Source of the DNA: a virus
Lineage: Duplodnaviria > Caudoviricetes
Strand: one strand, 5' to 3'
IMG/VR virus record: IMGVR_UViG_3300041809_000885
Location: 1-57,603 of that record
Length of the DNA stretch: 57,603 bases
Under the pieces are notes generated by a model, which searched no databases, was not told where the DNA came from, and worked only from the letters and a program-made list of their open reading frames with translations. A program made the translations under genes and the position numbers. Shown one piece after another: positions 44,541 to 54,082 of this stretch (position 1 is its first letter; each line of letters begins with the position of its first letter).

Positions 44541-47500
44541 AGCACCTCTCCCGCCGCGATTTCGTCCACGCCGGCTGCACGGTAGCCGCAGCAACCCTCA
44601 CGCCGTCCATTATCGATAAGGCTGAAGCCTATTTCCCGCATGGCGTTGTTGCTTCAACCGTGAATAATAATCGCGTCACGATCAATCCAGACAACGGCTA
44701 CGCCAATCTCGCCAAGGGGTTCACCTGGAACGTCGATCCGACCAACCAGAGCTCGGACGGCTATCCCGTAACGACGCCATCGGTCGCATGGCTTGCCAAT
44801 ATATCCATGCCCGCTGGATACTATGGTAACTTCGTCTGGAAGTGGTCCGGCCAAGGTTCGCAACAGTTGCAGTGCGGTCCTGCCATCTGCGTATCAACAA
44901 ACACCACTATTCTTCCGAGTACATTCCTGAGCAACGGCGATTTTGCAGGCGGCAGCCTCACCATCATTGGTCAGTCGGCTCCCCGCACCGTCTTGGCCTT
45001 CGGCTGGAATATTCAGTCCATTAGTCAGGGTACAAGCAATGGCTCCGGCGGATTCCTGATCCGCGTCAATGTCAAGTCTGGCTATCTCGCGCTTGGCGGT
45101 GGCAACGGGTCTACAATTCAGATAGCGGGTTGCAACTCAAATACGGGTGCCAACAACACCGGAACATCAACCTGGACGATCACCAATTCAACACCAGCAT
45201 CGGCGTATTTTGAACTCGCGGGATCGCTGTTCACCAACGCTCAAGCCAGTGCCGCTGGGCAGGCTTACTATGCCGCGATCAATCTCGACCTCTATATGTA
45301 TAATTCCGGCACCTTCTCCGGCATGTCGAATCTGGTGTGGTGCGAGAGTGCAAACGAAACACCAATCGCCAACGGTCAAATCGTCGATCCGGTTCTGGTA
45401 ACCCAGCTTCAAACCCTGATGGGCACGCCGGGTGGCGTAGGTCGAGGTAATCCCGGCTGGCTGCGATTCATGAATCAGTCGCAGGTTCTAGGTTCTAGTT
45501 TCGAGGGAGATTTTGCACAGCGCTGTCCCTCGACATACCTCTATTATCCGGCGTCTCAGGGACAATTCCGAAATGGCTACTGGGTTGGTTCAATTACCAA
45601 CGGCGGCAGCGACGCTTATACCTGCTCGAATCCGTCGTTCTCTACCAGTAGCGGCTGGACCGGAGCCTATCAGGATGGTGAGATTGTTCAGGGCCAATGG
45701 GTAACAACCAACACGGGCGTCAATCCAACAATCGCTGTCGGCGGTCGCGCCACCGTTCCGATTTTCAATCAGTACTTTTACCCGCAACTGATCAGTTTCT
45801 CCCAGCCTGCCGGCGGGCAAACGGTTGCCTCGGGAACCTACAATAGTGGGACCGGCGCTGTATCGCTGACGCTGGCGGCGGGTGTCAGTGGGGCTACGAT
45901 AGCGTCAGGCGATTCGATCACGGTGACGTTGACCGGAACAGGATCGGTCGCAACCATCAATGGAGCGTACACGGCAACGGCAGGGACCACCGGGACCACG
46001 GTTAATTTCACGGCGGCTACGGGCCTCACACTGACCATTACGGGCGGAACGTTCAGAGACCACACCGCAGGCAACGGACTTACGATTGCTATCCAGTTCA
46101 GTGCACCATGGACCTCGCCGCAACTACATGGCGGAACGCCATACGTATTCACCTACACTACCTCGACATCCGGCCACTTCGGAGACGACACCGTATTCGC
46201 CTCCACGCTGGCCGCGAATATTGATTTTGCGATCGGCAACGATGCCACGCTCGCCGCTGGCGGTATCGACCACGGCAATGCCGGAGGTGGACAAGTTATC
46301 ATCGTTCCGCAACCGGCACAGGCCGGCGCGTTAACGATCACCTATTCGTCAGGTCCAAACATCTATACGATTATCCGAATAAACCCGTCCGCGTTCACGT
46401 CAGGCCACAATGTCACGCTGATCTACAAATACTTGCTCGGCGGCTTCGTGCTCTCATCAGTACCGGGATTGCTTCAGAGCCTTCCTTACGAGTGGATTGC
46501 GCAGCTTTGCAATCAGGTTAATGCGAACTGCTGGTATAATTTCGGGGATACCAAGGGAGCATTTGTCACCGCCGTTACCAACTTCTTCGCCCCGAACAGC
46601 GGAAATTTCAATTCTGGCCTCAAGTTCGGATTTGAGCCGTGGAATGAAATCTGGGATTCCGCGGGCAATCCGGTCTATGGCTTTCTCAATATCCTTGGTG
46701 AAATTCTTTCGATCGGCAACGTTTCCAGCAACTCTGCGGTCTACAGCTACGCGGCACTTCGAACAGTACAATATTCAGCTCTTGCCAGGGCAGCATGGGC
46801 TTCTGGCGGGGGCGTTGCCAATAATTTTTATGTGTTTCAGCCAAGCCAGGTTGGCGCTGGCGTTTCGGGCGCTTCTTTCGATCAGTATCAACTGCAAGGC
46901 GCCAATCTAAATTATAATACCAAGACTGTTCTCGCGAGTTACGGGGGCCTCAATGGCGTGGCCGGATCGACGGCGCCGGTATCGACCAACTATGCCGCGT
47001 CTCCAAATCGTCCGATAGACATCACCAACGCTACCGGATGCGCGCCCTATTGGGGATGTCCGTTCCTAGGCGGCAACGATCCCACCGCAAGCAACATCAA
47101 CGGGACCGTCGCGCAAAATGCGACGATGCTTGCGCCAGCGCTTAACTATGCCAACGGATCCACGGCGACTGCCTTTGCTGAAATGGTTAGCATGTTCACC
47201 ACTAACGTGTCCGGACCTAGCGGGTCTGGCCTCGCTGGATTTGAACCTGGCGGATACTATGTTGGCACCATCTTCCCGCAGGAAGAGACGTTATGCGCCT
47301 CCTACGATAATAGCGTCTCAACCGGCGTTCGATATAACAGCCTGCCAAATCTGGCTCAGATGCATTATGAGGGTGGTCCACAGTGGGGCTGCGGCGTTAA
47401 CGGCGTAAATGGCATCAATAGCGTCAACGCGGCCGATATTGCTGCTTTAGCCGCGCGCTTCATTGCGCTCGGTTGGGGTACAAGTTCTCCGAACCTGAGT

Positions 47501-48013
47501 TCCTACACCCTGACCGGAAATCCAACGGTTAGTTCCGGGACCTACAATAGTGGCACGGGGCAGGTTGTCCTAACGCTCGCGACCGCAATCGCGGATTCCG
47601 GCGCGACCGACTCCGTTGTCATGTCGCTGACCGGGACCGGATCAATCTCAAGCTTGAACGGAACCTTCACGGCAGCGATAACCAATGGAGGAATAACCGT
47701 TACCTACACGGCGGCGACCGGCCTTACCGTGACAATCACGGGCGGAACGGTCCTCGATATAACCGCAGGCGCGACTGAACTCGCAACAAAGCTTGTTACC
47801 CTATGGCAGGCTTGGAAGTACGATGCGTCCTATGGTAACTTCATCCAGACCTATTATTATGCGGCTCTTACGACAATTAGCGGGGCCAATCGCGAAACGC
47901 GCGGGGCGCAATATCTTATGGGTGGGCAGAACCAATGGTGTCTGTGGCCGGGCGGATATTCTGCTCCAAATCAATATACCAGCTACAATGCGATTGCGAA
48001 CTACAACGCCTAG
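44537..48013 (+). CDS. Large Tat-signal protein; tailspike / glycoside-hydrolase-like with duplicated beta-domain
   Basis: LSRRDFV...AEA twin-arginine signal; WLRFMN, PYEWIAQLCN, FEPWNEIWD, HYEGG motifs. Confidence 0.65.
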   Translation: MKHLSRRDFVHAGCTVAAATLTPSIIDKAEAYFPHGVVASTVNNNRVTINPDNGYANLAKGFTWNVDPTNQSSDGYPVTTPSVAWLANISMPAGYYGNFVWKWSGQGSQQLQCGPAICVSTNTTILPSTFLSNGDFAGGSLTIIGQSAPRTVLAFGWNIQSISQGTSNGSGGFLIRVNVKSGYLALGGGNGSTIQIAGCNSNTGANNTGTSTWTITNSTPASAYFELAGSLFTNAQASAAGQAYYAAINLDLYMYNSGTFSGMSNLVWCESANETPIANGQIVDPVLVTQLQTLMGTPGGVGRGNPGWLRFMNQSQVLGSSFEGDFAQRCPSTYLYYPASQGQFRNGYWVGSITNGGSDAYTCSNPSFSTSSGWTGAYQDGEIVQGQWVTTNTGVNPTIAVGGRATVPIFNQYFYPQLISFSQPAGGQTVASGTYNSGTGAVSLTLAAGVSGATIASGDSITVTLTGTGSVATINGAYTATAGTTGTTVNFTAATGLTLTITGGTFRDHTAGNGLTIAIQFSAPWTSPQLHGGTPYVFTYTTSTSGHFGDDTVFASTLAANIDFAIGNDATLAAGGIDHGNAGGGQVIIVPQPAQAGALTITYSSGPNIYTIIRINPSAFTSGHNVTLIYKYLLGGFVLSSVPGLLQSLPYEWIAQLCNQVNANCWYNFGDTKGAFVTAVTNFFAPNSGNFNSGLKFGFEPWNEIWDSAGNPVYGFLNILGEILSIGNVSSNSAVYSYAALRTVQYSALARAAWASGGGVANNFYVFQPSQVGAGVSGASFDQYQLQGANLNYNTKTVLASYGGLNGVAGSTAPVSTNYAASPNRPIDITNATGCAPYWGCPFLGGNDPTASNINGTVAQNATMLAPALNYANGSTATAFAEMVSMFTTNVSGPSGSGLAGFEPGGYYVGTIFPQEETLCASYDNSVSTGVRYNSLPNLAQMHYEGGPQWGCGVNGVNGINSVNAADIAALAARFIALGWGTSSPNLSSYTLTGNPTVSSGTYNSGTGQVVLTLATAIADSGATDSVVMSLTGTGSISSLNGTFTAAITNGGITVTYTAATGLTVTITGGTVLDITAGATELATKLVTLWQAWKYDASYGNFIQTYYYAALTTISGANRETRGAQYLMGGQNQWCLWPGGYSAPNQYTSYNAIANYNA

Positions 48014-48153
48014 CCGACGCGCAGGGCCAGCAGCTCCGTCCCCACGCTACCCCACGTATCCATCCCCGCCAAGCCCTTTTGGGAGGGGTAGATCGGTTAA
48101 AACCACGACGACTTGGCTACCCCTGCCGATCGAAATATCAAAGTTCATCATTT

Positions 48154-48294
48154 TCATTTCGCCATGACCGGCGCGGCGTTGTCGTTTGCTTCCGGCTTGT
48201 TCGGATTGCGCGGATCAAACTTATCCTTGAGCGTACCCTTCTGCATGGGAACGCCTCGCAACCGCTCCAGGATCAGATCGTTATCGTTTTTCAT
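48154..48294 (-). CDS. Small hypothetical protein
   Basis: MKNDNDLILERLRGVPMQ..., at the end of the minus-strand operon. Confidence 0.45.
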   Translation of the reverse strand: MKNDNDLILERLRGVPMQKGTLKDKFDPRNPNKPEANDNAAPVMAK

Positions 48295-48358
48295 GGCTGG
48301 TCCCAAGGGCGCGTGACAAACGTCTTGGTGTCTCTGCTTGCGGCGGTGAGGGTGCGGG

Positions 48359-48535
48359 TCATGCTCGTTTCTCCAATCCTTTAAGCACCTTCTCCACCGA
48401 GGCATCGCCCGGATCCCGGCCGTGCAGTACCCATTCGCGCACCGTCGTGTAGGACCGGCCGAAGTGGCGAGCCAGGTCCGCCACCCTCATATTGCGCCGT
48501 CGCATCACCGCTTTCAATCGCTTCTGCAGGGTCAT
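48359..48535 (-). CDS. Cro/XRE-like HTH protein (not in the ORF track)
   Basis: 58 aa MTLQKRLKAVMRRRNMRVADLARHFGRSYTTVREWVLHGRDP. Confidence 0.8.
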   Translation of the reverse strand: MTLQKRLKAVMRRRNMRVADLARHFGRSYTTVREWVLHGRDPGDASVEKVLKGLEKRA

Positions 48536-48538
48536 GGC

Positions 48539-49711
48539 TCAACCCTGCTTGAAGAAGCTGTCGAGCATGCCGGCGAGCTCGGGATTGGCGGCTGCCGGCT
48601 GCCCTTGGGCGATGCCGAAAGAGCCTGCACCTCCTGAAGCAGCGGTGGCCGACCCGCCTTGAGTATTGCCGGGATGTGGGAAGGGGGCCTGCGGGGCTGC
48701 CGCGGGCTGCTGGGGGGCCTGTCCGTTCGGACCCTGCGGAGCATCGGCCTGCATCTCCGCGGCTGTCCTGCGCCGCCTGCGGGTCGTGGGGGCTGGTTCA
48801 GAAGGGGATGTCGTTGCCGCAGTGGGGGCAGGATTCTGCGCTGGCCAGCCAAGGGCGCCCACAGCCGCCGCAGGGGTAGGAACGAAAGGGGCGGGCTGCT
48901 GCGCCTGCTGGGCAGGGCCGGTCACCAGCGGGCTGGATTGCAGGAACTGCTGACCGGGAGGCGGAAGCTGTGTCGGAGTAGCGGCGATCTGACCCTGAAC
49001 GCCAAGGACTGCCCCCGCCGGCCTTGCGACGTCATTCCGACCGACCAGCGCATCGGTCTTTTTCTCGGCATAGGCCGCCTGTCGCAGCTCGGCGGTCGGC
49101 GCGTCGATATAGCTCACCGGCTGGAATTGCAGGGTGCCCTGCACCCCCGGTACGAACGAGATGCGGGTGATCAGGTTGGCGATATTGACGCCGTTGCCCT
49201 TGCACTTCTCGACATACTCGCGCATCGGCCCATGCGAATTCGGCGGTACCGCCAGCAGGAACAGGGTCTGGAAGCCGGGGATCAGCAGCGCCACTTTCTG
49301 CTTCTGCGAGCACCACGGCACTTTCTTGCCGTTGTTGTTGATCTTGGTCCACTCGGCGCGCGGGCAGATCGCGCAGGTGGGGGCCTGCGGCGAGTTCGCC
49401 GACACCGACGGGCCGATGCCGTTGTCCGAGAAGCAGTCCGGTCGCGAGCCCTCGGCCTGCGGATCGTAGGCACCGGCGAAATAGACCCGGCTCATGACCG
49501 GATTGACGCCGATAATCGCGGCATCCAGGTAGACGCCGATCGCGGGGTCGAAGGTCGGCACCGGGATCTCGTTGTTGCCGGCGTCGATCAGGGTGAACCG
49601 GCCGCCGCCGATCGAGACGTGCGGGGGCATCGCCGAACCGAGATTGGCCGACAGCGTGGAAGCGAGATCGGGGGCCTGAAGGTTTTGAAGATGGGTGGGA
49701 AGATTCTGCAT
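48539..49711 (-). CDS. Putative ssDNA-binding/annealing protein with Zn site and disordered tail
   Basis: PDCFSDNG..CAICP..CSQK; Pro/Ala/Gln tail; position in the replication module. Confidence 0.55.
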   Translation of the reverse strand: MQNLPTHLQNLQAPDLASTLSANLGSAMPPHVSIGGGRFTLIDAGNNEIPVPTFDPAIGVYLDAAIIGVNPVMSRVYFAGAYDPQAEGSRPDCFSDNGIGPSVSANSPQAPTCAICPRAEWTKINNNGKKVPWCSQKQKVALLIPGFQTLFLLAVPPNSHGPMREYVEKCKGNGVNIANLITRISFVPGVQGTLQFQPVSYIDAPTAELRQAAYAEKKTDALVGRNDVARPAGAVLGVQGQIAATPTQLPPPGQQFLQSSPLVTGPAQQAQQPAPFVPTPAAAVGALGWPAQNPAPTAATTSPSEPAPTTRRRRRTAAEMQADAPQGPNGQAPQQPAAAPQAPFPHPGNTQGGSATAASGGAGSFGIAQGQPAAANPELAGMLDSFFKQG

Positions 49712-49712
49712 T

Positions 49713-50177
49713 TTAGCTCCGTTTGATGTTAAGTCTCGAGTAATGCGACACGGACATGCCGGGAGGCACCATGCCGTTGTTGTTCTCCATGTGCTCGCGC
49801 ACCACGGAAATCGGAATGTTGATCTTGACTTCGTCGCCGACGTCGGCCCAGTGCTCGGCCGCCCAGTCGAACAGCGTCTCGGTGCTCTCGACTTTCGAAT
49901 TCATGATGTTCGAGATGTAGGCGGTGCCGGAGTCGGTCTTGGTCGAATCCGCCTTGCGCTCGGCCAGCCGGGCGAACAGGGTGTCCTCGATCTCCTTCAG
50001 TCGCGTCTTGTGCGGCTCGGCCCACTCATTGAACTTGGCCTGCGCCGCCTTGATCAGATCCTCGATCTTGAAGTTCTCGGCGATCAGGGCGTCGTCGGAG
50101 ACGTCGGAGTTGTGGCCGAACGACACATCGCCGAGGATCATAACGGTGGGTTCGACTGGTTTCTTGCGAGGGGGCAT
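49713..50177 (-). CDS. Replication-module hypothetical protein
   Basis: Coiled coil, KTDSGTAY, PPGMSV. Confidence 0.75.
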   Translation of the reverse strand: MPPRKKPVEPTVMILGDVSFGHNSDVSDDALIAENFKIEDLIKAAQAKFNEWAEPHKTRLKEIEDTLFARLAERKADSTKTDSGTAYISNIMNSKVESTETLFDWAAEHWADVGDEVKINIPISVVREHMENNNGMVPPGMSVSHYSRLNIKRS

Positions 50178-50302
50178 TTATACTTCCTAAGACCATGATG
50201 CCGGGGCTTTCCCCCGGCTGGTTTCATGGACGGCTCCTGAGTGAGAGACTTGTGACTTTGCCTATATGGCTACATCGAGCGAATGTCGTAATTTCTACGA
50301 CT

Positions 50303-51880
50303 CTATTTTATCATTGTCAACAACGATCCTTGCAGCGACAGATTATTTTCAAGCCGCCGGAAAATCTCGATCTCCAGCGGGTTCGATACCAGCTGCACCA
50401 CGTTGACCGGGAATTTCTGGCCGGGTCGGTGCGCGCGTCGGTTGGCTTGCGCGTACAACTCAGCCTTGTCGGTGGTTCCGTACCAGGTAACAGTTCTGGC
50501 CATCCAGAGATCAAGCCCATGCGCCATGGTGCCGGGATCCGCAACGATCCCTTGAAGATCGCCTTCCTGGAACGCGGCGAATATTTTCGAGCGTTCTTTC
50601 TGGCTGACATCCCCGTTGACCACTTCTACTGTGCGGTGCTTCGTTTCCTTCGCCAGTAGATTGACCACCGAGGTGAACGGCGCAAACACCAAGAACTTGC
50701 CGGGGGCTTCCTCGAGGATTTCGTTCAGGGCGTGGATGCGCGGCTTGGCATCGACTGCGTGCGCCTTATGCCCGGAATCGTAGACGGCACCGAGCGAGAT
50801 TTGGATGAACTTCTGGCGCGCGGCGGCCTCGTTGACAGAACTAATCTCGATGCCCGACTTCATCGTGACTTGCAGGTCGCGCTTGAGATCCGCCATCATT
50901 TTTTTCTGCTCAGCGGTAAGTTCGACCGATCTCTGCTGCGTCACGCATTCGGGTCCGTCCCACACGTCCGAAAGCTCATAGCGGATCGACGGTGACAACA
51001 GCTTGGCCGCTTTCTCGTATCCATCGCGTTTGGGCAGCCACTTGAACGAGTTCGGAAACGGCTGGTACATGGTGTCGAGCTTGAAGCCGGTCTTCGATTT
51101 GCCCCACGCATTGTTCACCAGTTTAGCGAGGCCGTAGGCATCAGTCGGAGCGTTGGGAGTGGGGGTGCCGGTCAGGAGCCACAGGTATGAACGACGCCCC
51201 AGCACTTGCATCGCAATCCGGTGTCGCGTGGTTCCGGGGTCTTTGTAAGCGCTGGCTTCGTCGATGATAGCAAGCTGGATATCAGTGCGATCTCGAAGCT
51301 CTTTGCTAAATCCGTCAATTTCAAATTTTCTTCGGGTGTGAGATCCCGTTCCAACACCGTCGAAATTGATGATGTAAAAGTCAACATCACGGGACAAAGC
51401 ATTGGAGCGCTGAGACGGCGTACCGTGACAGATGGCGTAGGTGCGTCGATCCAGGAAGTTCTTGAATATGGCAGCGGCCCAGACCCGATCGAGAGTGGAA
51501 AGCGGCGCGACGACGATGGCACGGAATTCTCCCTTCGGATATTGCTGCATCAGGTAGTCGGCCGCCCATAAAGTGCTGAGCGTCTTCATGGTGCCCATGT
51601 CGGACAGATTGAACATCCGGCGGTGCAGCACCGAGAAGTTGGCCATCACCTTCTGGTGAGGCAAGGGCGTGAAGCCGGGCTGGATCGGGAAGTCGTAATT
51701 CGATTCGTTGATGATCTCCGGCACTTCGAAGTTGTACCAGCGTAGCGTCTGCAGGTTGGTCAACGTCTTGGGTACGGCGAAATAGCTACCATTTACGAGC
51801 TTCAGGTCAGGGATGTATTGCGCGAGCACGCCGGGCTGGCCCGGATAGATCACGTGGGATCCGTGGAGCCAGAAGGTCAT
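50303..51880 (-). CDS. SNF2-like superfamily 2 helicase
   Basis: DMGTMKT, IIDEAS, LTGTP, AHGLDL, QANRRAHRPGQ. Confidence 0.92.
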   Translation of the reverse strand: MTFWLHGSHVIYPGQPGVLAQYIPDLKLVNGSYFAVPKTLTNLQTLRWYNFEVPEIINESNYDFPIQPGFTPLPHQKVMANFSVLHRRMFNLSDMGTMKTLSTLWAADYLMQQYPKGEFRAIVVAPLSTLDRVWAAAIFKNFLDRRTYAICHGTPSQRSNALSRDVDFYIINFDGVGTGSHTRRKFEIDGFSKELRDRTDIQLAIIDEASAYKDPGTTRHRIAMQVLGRRSYLWLLTGTPTPNAPTDAYGLAKLVNNAWGKSKTGFKLDTMYQPFPNSFKWLPKRDGYEKAAKLLSPSIRYELSDVWDGPECVTQQRSVELTAEQKKMMADLKRDLQVTMKSGIEISSVNEAAARQKFIQISLGAVYDSGHKAHAVDAKPRIHALNEILEEAPGKFLVFAPFTSVVNLLAKETKHRTVEVVNGDVSQKERSKIFAAFQEGDLQGIVADPGTMAHGLDLWMARTVTWYGTTDKAELYAQANRRAHRPGQKFPVNVVQLVSNPLEIEIFRRLENNLSLQGSLLTMIK

Positions 51881-52029
51881 TTTTTACGACGTGCTACTTG
51901 CAAAGCACTGCGACGATTAAGCTCGATAAGCCGTTCTATTTTAATCGCGATGTATGTATGGGAGTGACCCGATTCCAACAGTCCTTTAATTAGAGCAAGA
52001 TTCTTATTTCTGCGCGGGGGACGTTTCAT
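51877..52029 (-). CDS. Small basic protein
   Basis: ATGA-coupled on both sides; AT-rich. Confidence 0.5.
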   Translation of the reverse strand: MKRPPRRNKNLALIKGLLESGHSHTYIAIKIERLIELNRRSALQVARRKK

Positions 52030-52337
52030 ACAACAATCCCCCTCACCGCCAACCAGTCGGTCATCGCCTGGATCACCACGTCCGCGGTGCCGGCAACGGC
52101 GTGACCGCCGGCCGCGCGCACCTCGTTCATCCGGCGTTCCTGAAGTTTGGTCGGCTCCTTGCCCGGTCGCTTGATCTCCAGTGACCAATAAGCCCCGTTC
52201 AGGCACAGGCAATAGTCGGCCACGCCGCCCTTGCCGTAGCCGGCCATGTACGGCTTGAAAGCGTAGACGCGCTCGGGGCCGAGCTTCTTGAGGAAGGCGT
52301 CCACGTCACGTTTTTCCCATGATTCGGGGGTTGTCAT
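52026..52337 (-). CDS. VRR-NUC domain nuclease (resolvase-like)
   Basis: TPE, GVADY, LEIKRPGKEPTKLQ. Confidence 0.88.
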   Translation of the reverse strand: MTTPESWEKRDVDAFLKKLGPERVYAFKPYMAGYGKGGVADYCLCLNGAYWSLEIKRPGKEPTKLQERRMNEVRAAGGHAVAGTADVVIQAMTDWLAVRGIVV

Positions 52338-52801
52338 TTTTGGTACTTTTTGTATTTGAATTTGCCAACACGCTCGTAATAATTTCGTTTGTGCCTATCT
52401 CCGCAAGTACGACAGTTTCGCATCAGACCACGCTTACCCGTCCATAGATACGTGTTTTCGGGCGTGAATTCATGCCCGTGATTACAGTGAGTTTTCAACA
52501 AGTTCTTTGCTGCGATGCCTTCACCGCGATGAATATTTTCTTTCCACGTCCTAGGCGCGAGGTGATCGGGATTACAACAAATACGATTCCGGCAGTTATG
52601 ATCCATAGCCAAATGCGACGGAACTTCTTTGCGAAGTAGCGTGTACACCAACCTATGTGTTCGCCATGACCGCCCTTCATAAGTCGTGCCTCCGTAATGC
52701 TCTTTCTTGTCTCTGATACCGCCGAGCCATAGCCAACATCCGGAGTTGGGTTCAGGAATTATGTTGTCTTCTAAAAAACTTGGAAGCCCTGACCAACTCA
52801 T
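52334..52801 (-). CDS. HNH homing endonuclease
   Basis: PEPNSGCWLW, MDHNCRNRICCNPDHL, KTHCNHGHEFTPENTY; start 52801 by ATGA overlap. Confidence 0.9.
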   Translation of the reverse strand: MSWSGLPSFLEDNIIPEPNSGCWLWLGGIRDKKEHYGGTTYEGRSWRTHRLVYTLLRKEVPSHLAMDHNCRNRICCNPDHLAPRTWKENIHRGEGIAAKNLLKTHCNHGHEFTPENTYLWTGKRGLMRNCRTCGDRHKRNYYERVGKFKYKKYQK

Positions 52802-53529
52802 TTCGGCCTCGCAACGTGATGATGCTCGCAATCGGTGCAGGGGCAGTAGCCGCACAATGGATTCTTGCGTTTTTCCCACTCGCCGCTCGCCATGTCGTCC
52901 CTGATCTGCTCGGCGATATTGTTGACCTTGGCCCATGTCGAGTTGAAGTCGCTGAGATCGTGGATAGTGCCCATCCGGTTCTCACCGAGCCACGCGTAGC
53001 AGCCGGCGATTCTGACGACGTGCGAATTGGCGGCTTTCACCATTATAGCCTGGAGCGCGATTTCAAAAACGTTCTCATACTTTGACCCGCCAGATTTCCA
53101 GTCCACGAGGAAAGCATTGTTGCTGCTGATCATCACGACGTCAGCTTTTCCGCGGCACCACACGTCCTTGTCGAAGAAGCCAGTTGGCTTGCCTTCCACC
53201 GTGACCCCCAACTTGACTTCGGCCTTGGCACCGCGCTCGACGATCGGTGCGACAAACGGCTCCCAATGCTGCATCTCATAAGGAAGTGGCTTGCCGCCAA
53301 TGCGATGCTCCATCGCTGTATGGATTTCGTTGCCTTTGCGCATCGCTTCCGTTTCCGTAAACGGTATGTCCTTTTTCACAAAGCGACGAAACATCTGGTA
53401 CGGACAAATACTGTCGTAGCAGTTCAGCATTGTATACGAAAACACGATCGGCTTCGGGGCGAAATCCGGCATTTTGTTCGTCCTTGGGTCTCGGCGGAGG
53501 TAGTCAGGAATGTCGAGGGTGTCGGTCAT
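52798..53529 (-). CDS. PD-(D/E)XK Cas4/AddB-like exonuclease
   Basis: SYT..CP, GNEIH, RGKADV, VDWKSG, CGYCPCTDC. Confidence 0.88.
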   Translation of the reverse strand: MTDTLDIPDYLRRDPRTNKMPDFAPKPIVFSYTMLNCYDSICPYQMFRRFVKKDIPFTETEAMRKGNEIHTAMEHRIGGKPLPYEMQHWEPFVAPIVERGAKAEVKLGVTVEGKPTGFFDKDVWCRGKADVVMISSNNAFLVDWKSGGSKYENVFEIALQAIMVKAANSHVVRIAGCYAWLGENRMGTIHDLSDFNSTWAKVNNIAEQIRDDMASGEWEKRKNPLCGYCPCTDCEHHHVARPK

Positions 53530-53672
53530 CGGTGATGCCTCGGAGCCTTAGCGTGCGGCAAATGCCGGTCGATCACAAGACCGTGCTCCTTGTAGACCGA
53601 CCACGACGCGCCGGCGAGGTTCGGCGCCATGTGCAGGAAGATCATCAGCGCGGCCATCGCTCCGAAGCTCAT
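53526..53672 (-). CDS. Small hypothetical protein
   Basis: ATGA-coupled. Confidence 0.45.
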   Translation of the reverse strand: MSFGAMAALMIFLHMAPNLAGASWSVYKEHGLVIDRHLPHAKAPRHHR

Positions 53673-53953
53673 TTGTGCTTCTCCAGCGCCTGAACCAGTC
53701 GTACCTGCCACGGCTCCAGCTTGAAGCCGTAGATGGTCTCGATGAATTCCACGAACCCCATCTTTTCGCTGGGGGTAACCGGAGTAACAGGCTTGACCGC
53801 GCAACGCTTCCGGCGCTTCACCGGTTTGGGTGCTGCGACCTTCACAGCCTTACGAGCCCGCCGTTTGCGCGTCGGCTTCGGCTTCGGCTTTTTCGGCGGC
53901 GTCGGTGTTTCGGCGGGCGGTTCGTCAAACATCGGCAGCGGGTGTTCGTTCAT
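53669..53953 (-). CDS. Small Lys/Pro-rich protein
   Basis: AAGGAG RBS. Confidence 0.65.
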   Translation of the reverse strand: MNEHPLPMFDEPPAETPTPPKKPKPKPTRKRRARKAVKVAAPKPVKRRKRCAVKPVTPVTPSEKMGFVEFIETIYGFKLEPWQVRLVQALEKHK

Positions 53954-54082
53954 CGGTTGTCTCCTTGGTTAAGCGCTTCTCTAGCGCGGCGATCAGTTTT
54001 CGAAGTTCTTCAAGATCGCGCAGCAGACTAAGCGAAGCGCGAACATGGATGACGTCATTATCGTCGTCTACGATGGTCCACA

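Noticed and set aside
45821-47749. Diversity-generating retroelement TR/VR pair
   Set aside because: Both copies are in frame inside one gene, divergence is not adenine-specific, and no reverse transcriptase is present
50198-50225. Terminator after the helicase gene
   Set aside because: A GC hairpin exists (GCCGGGG/CCCCGGC) but has no convincing U-tract on the coding strand
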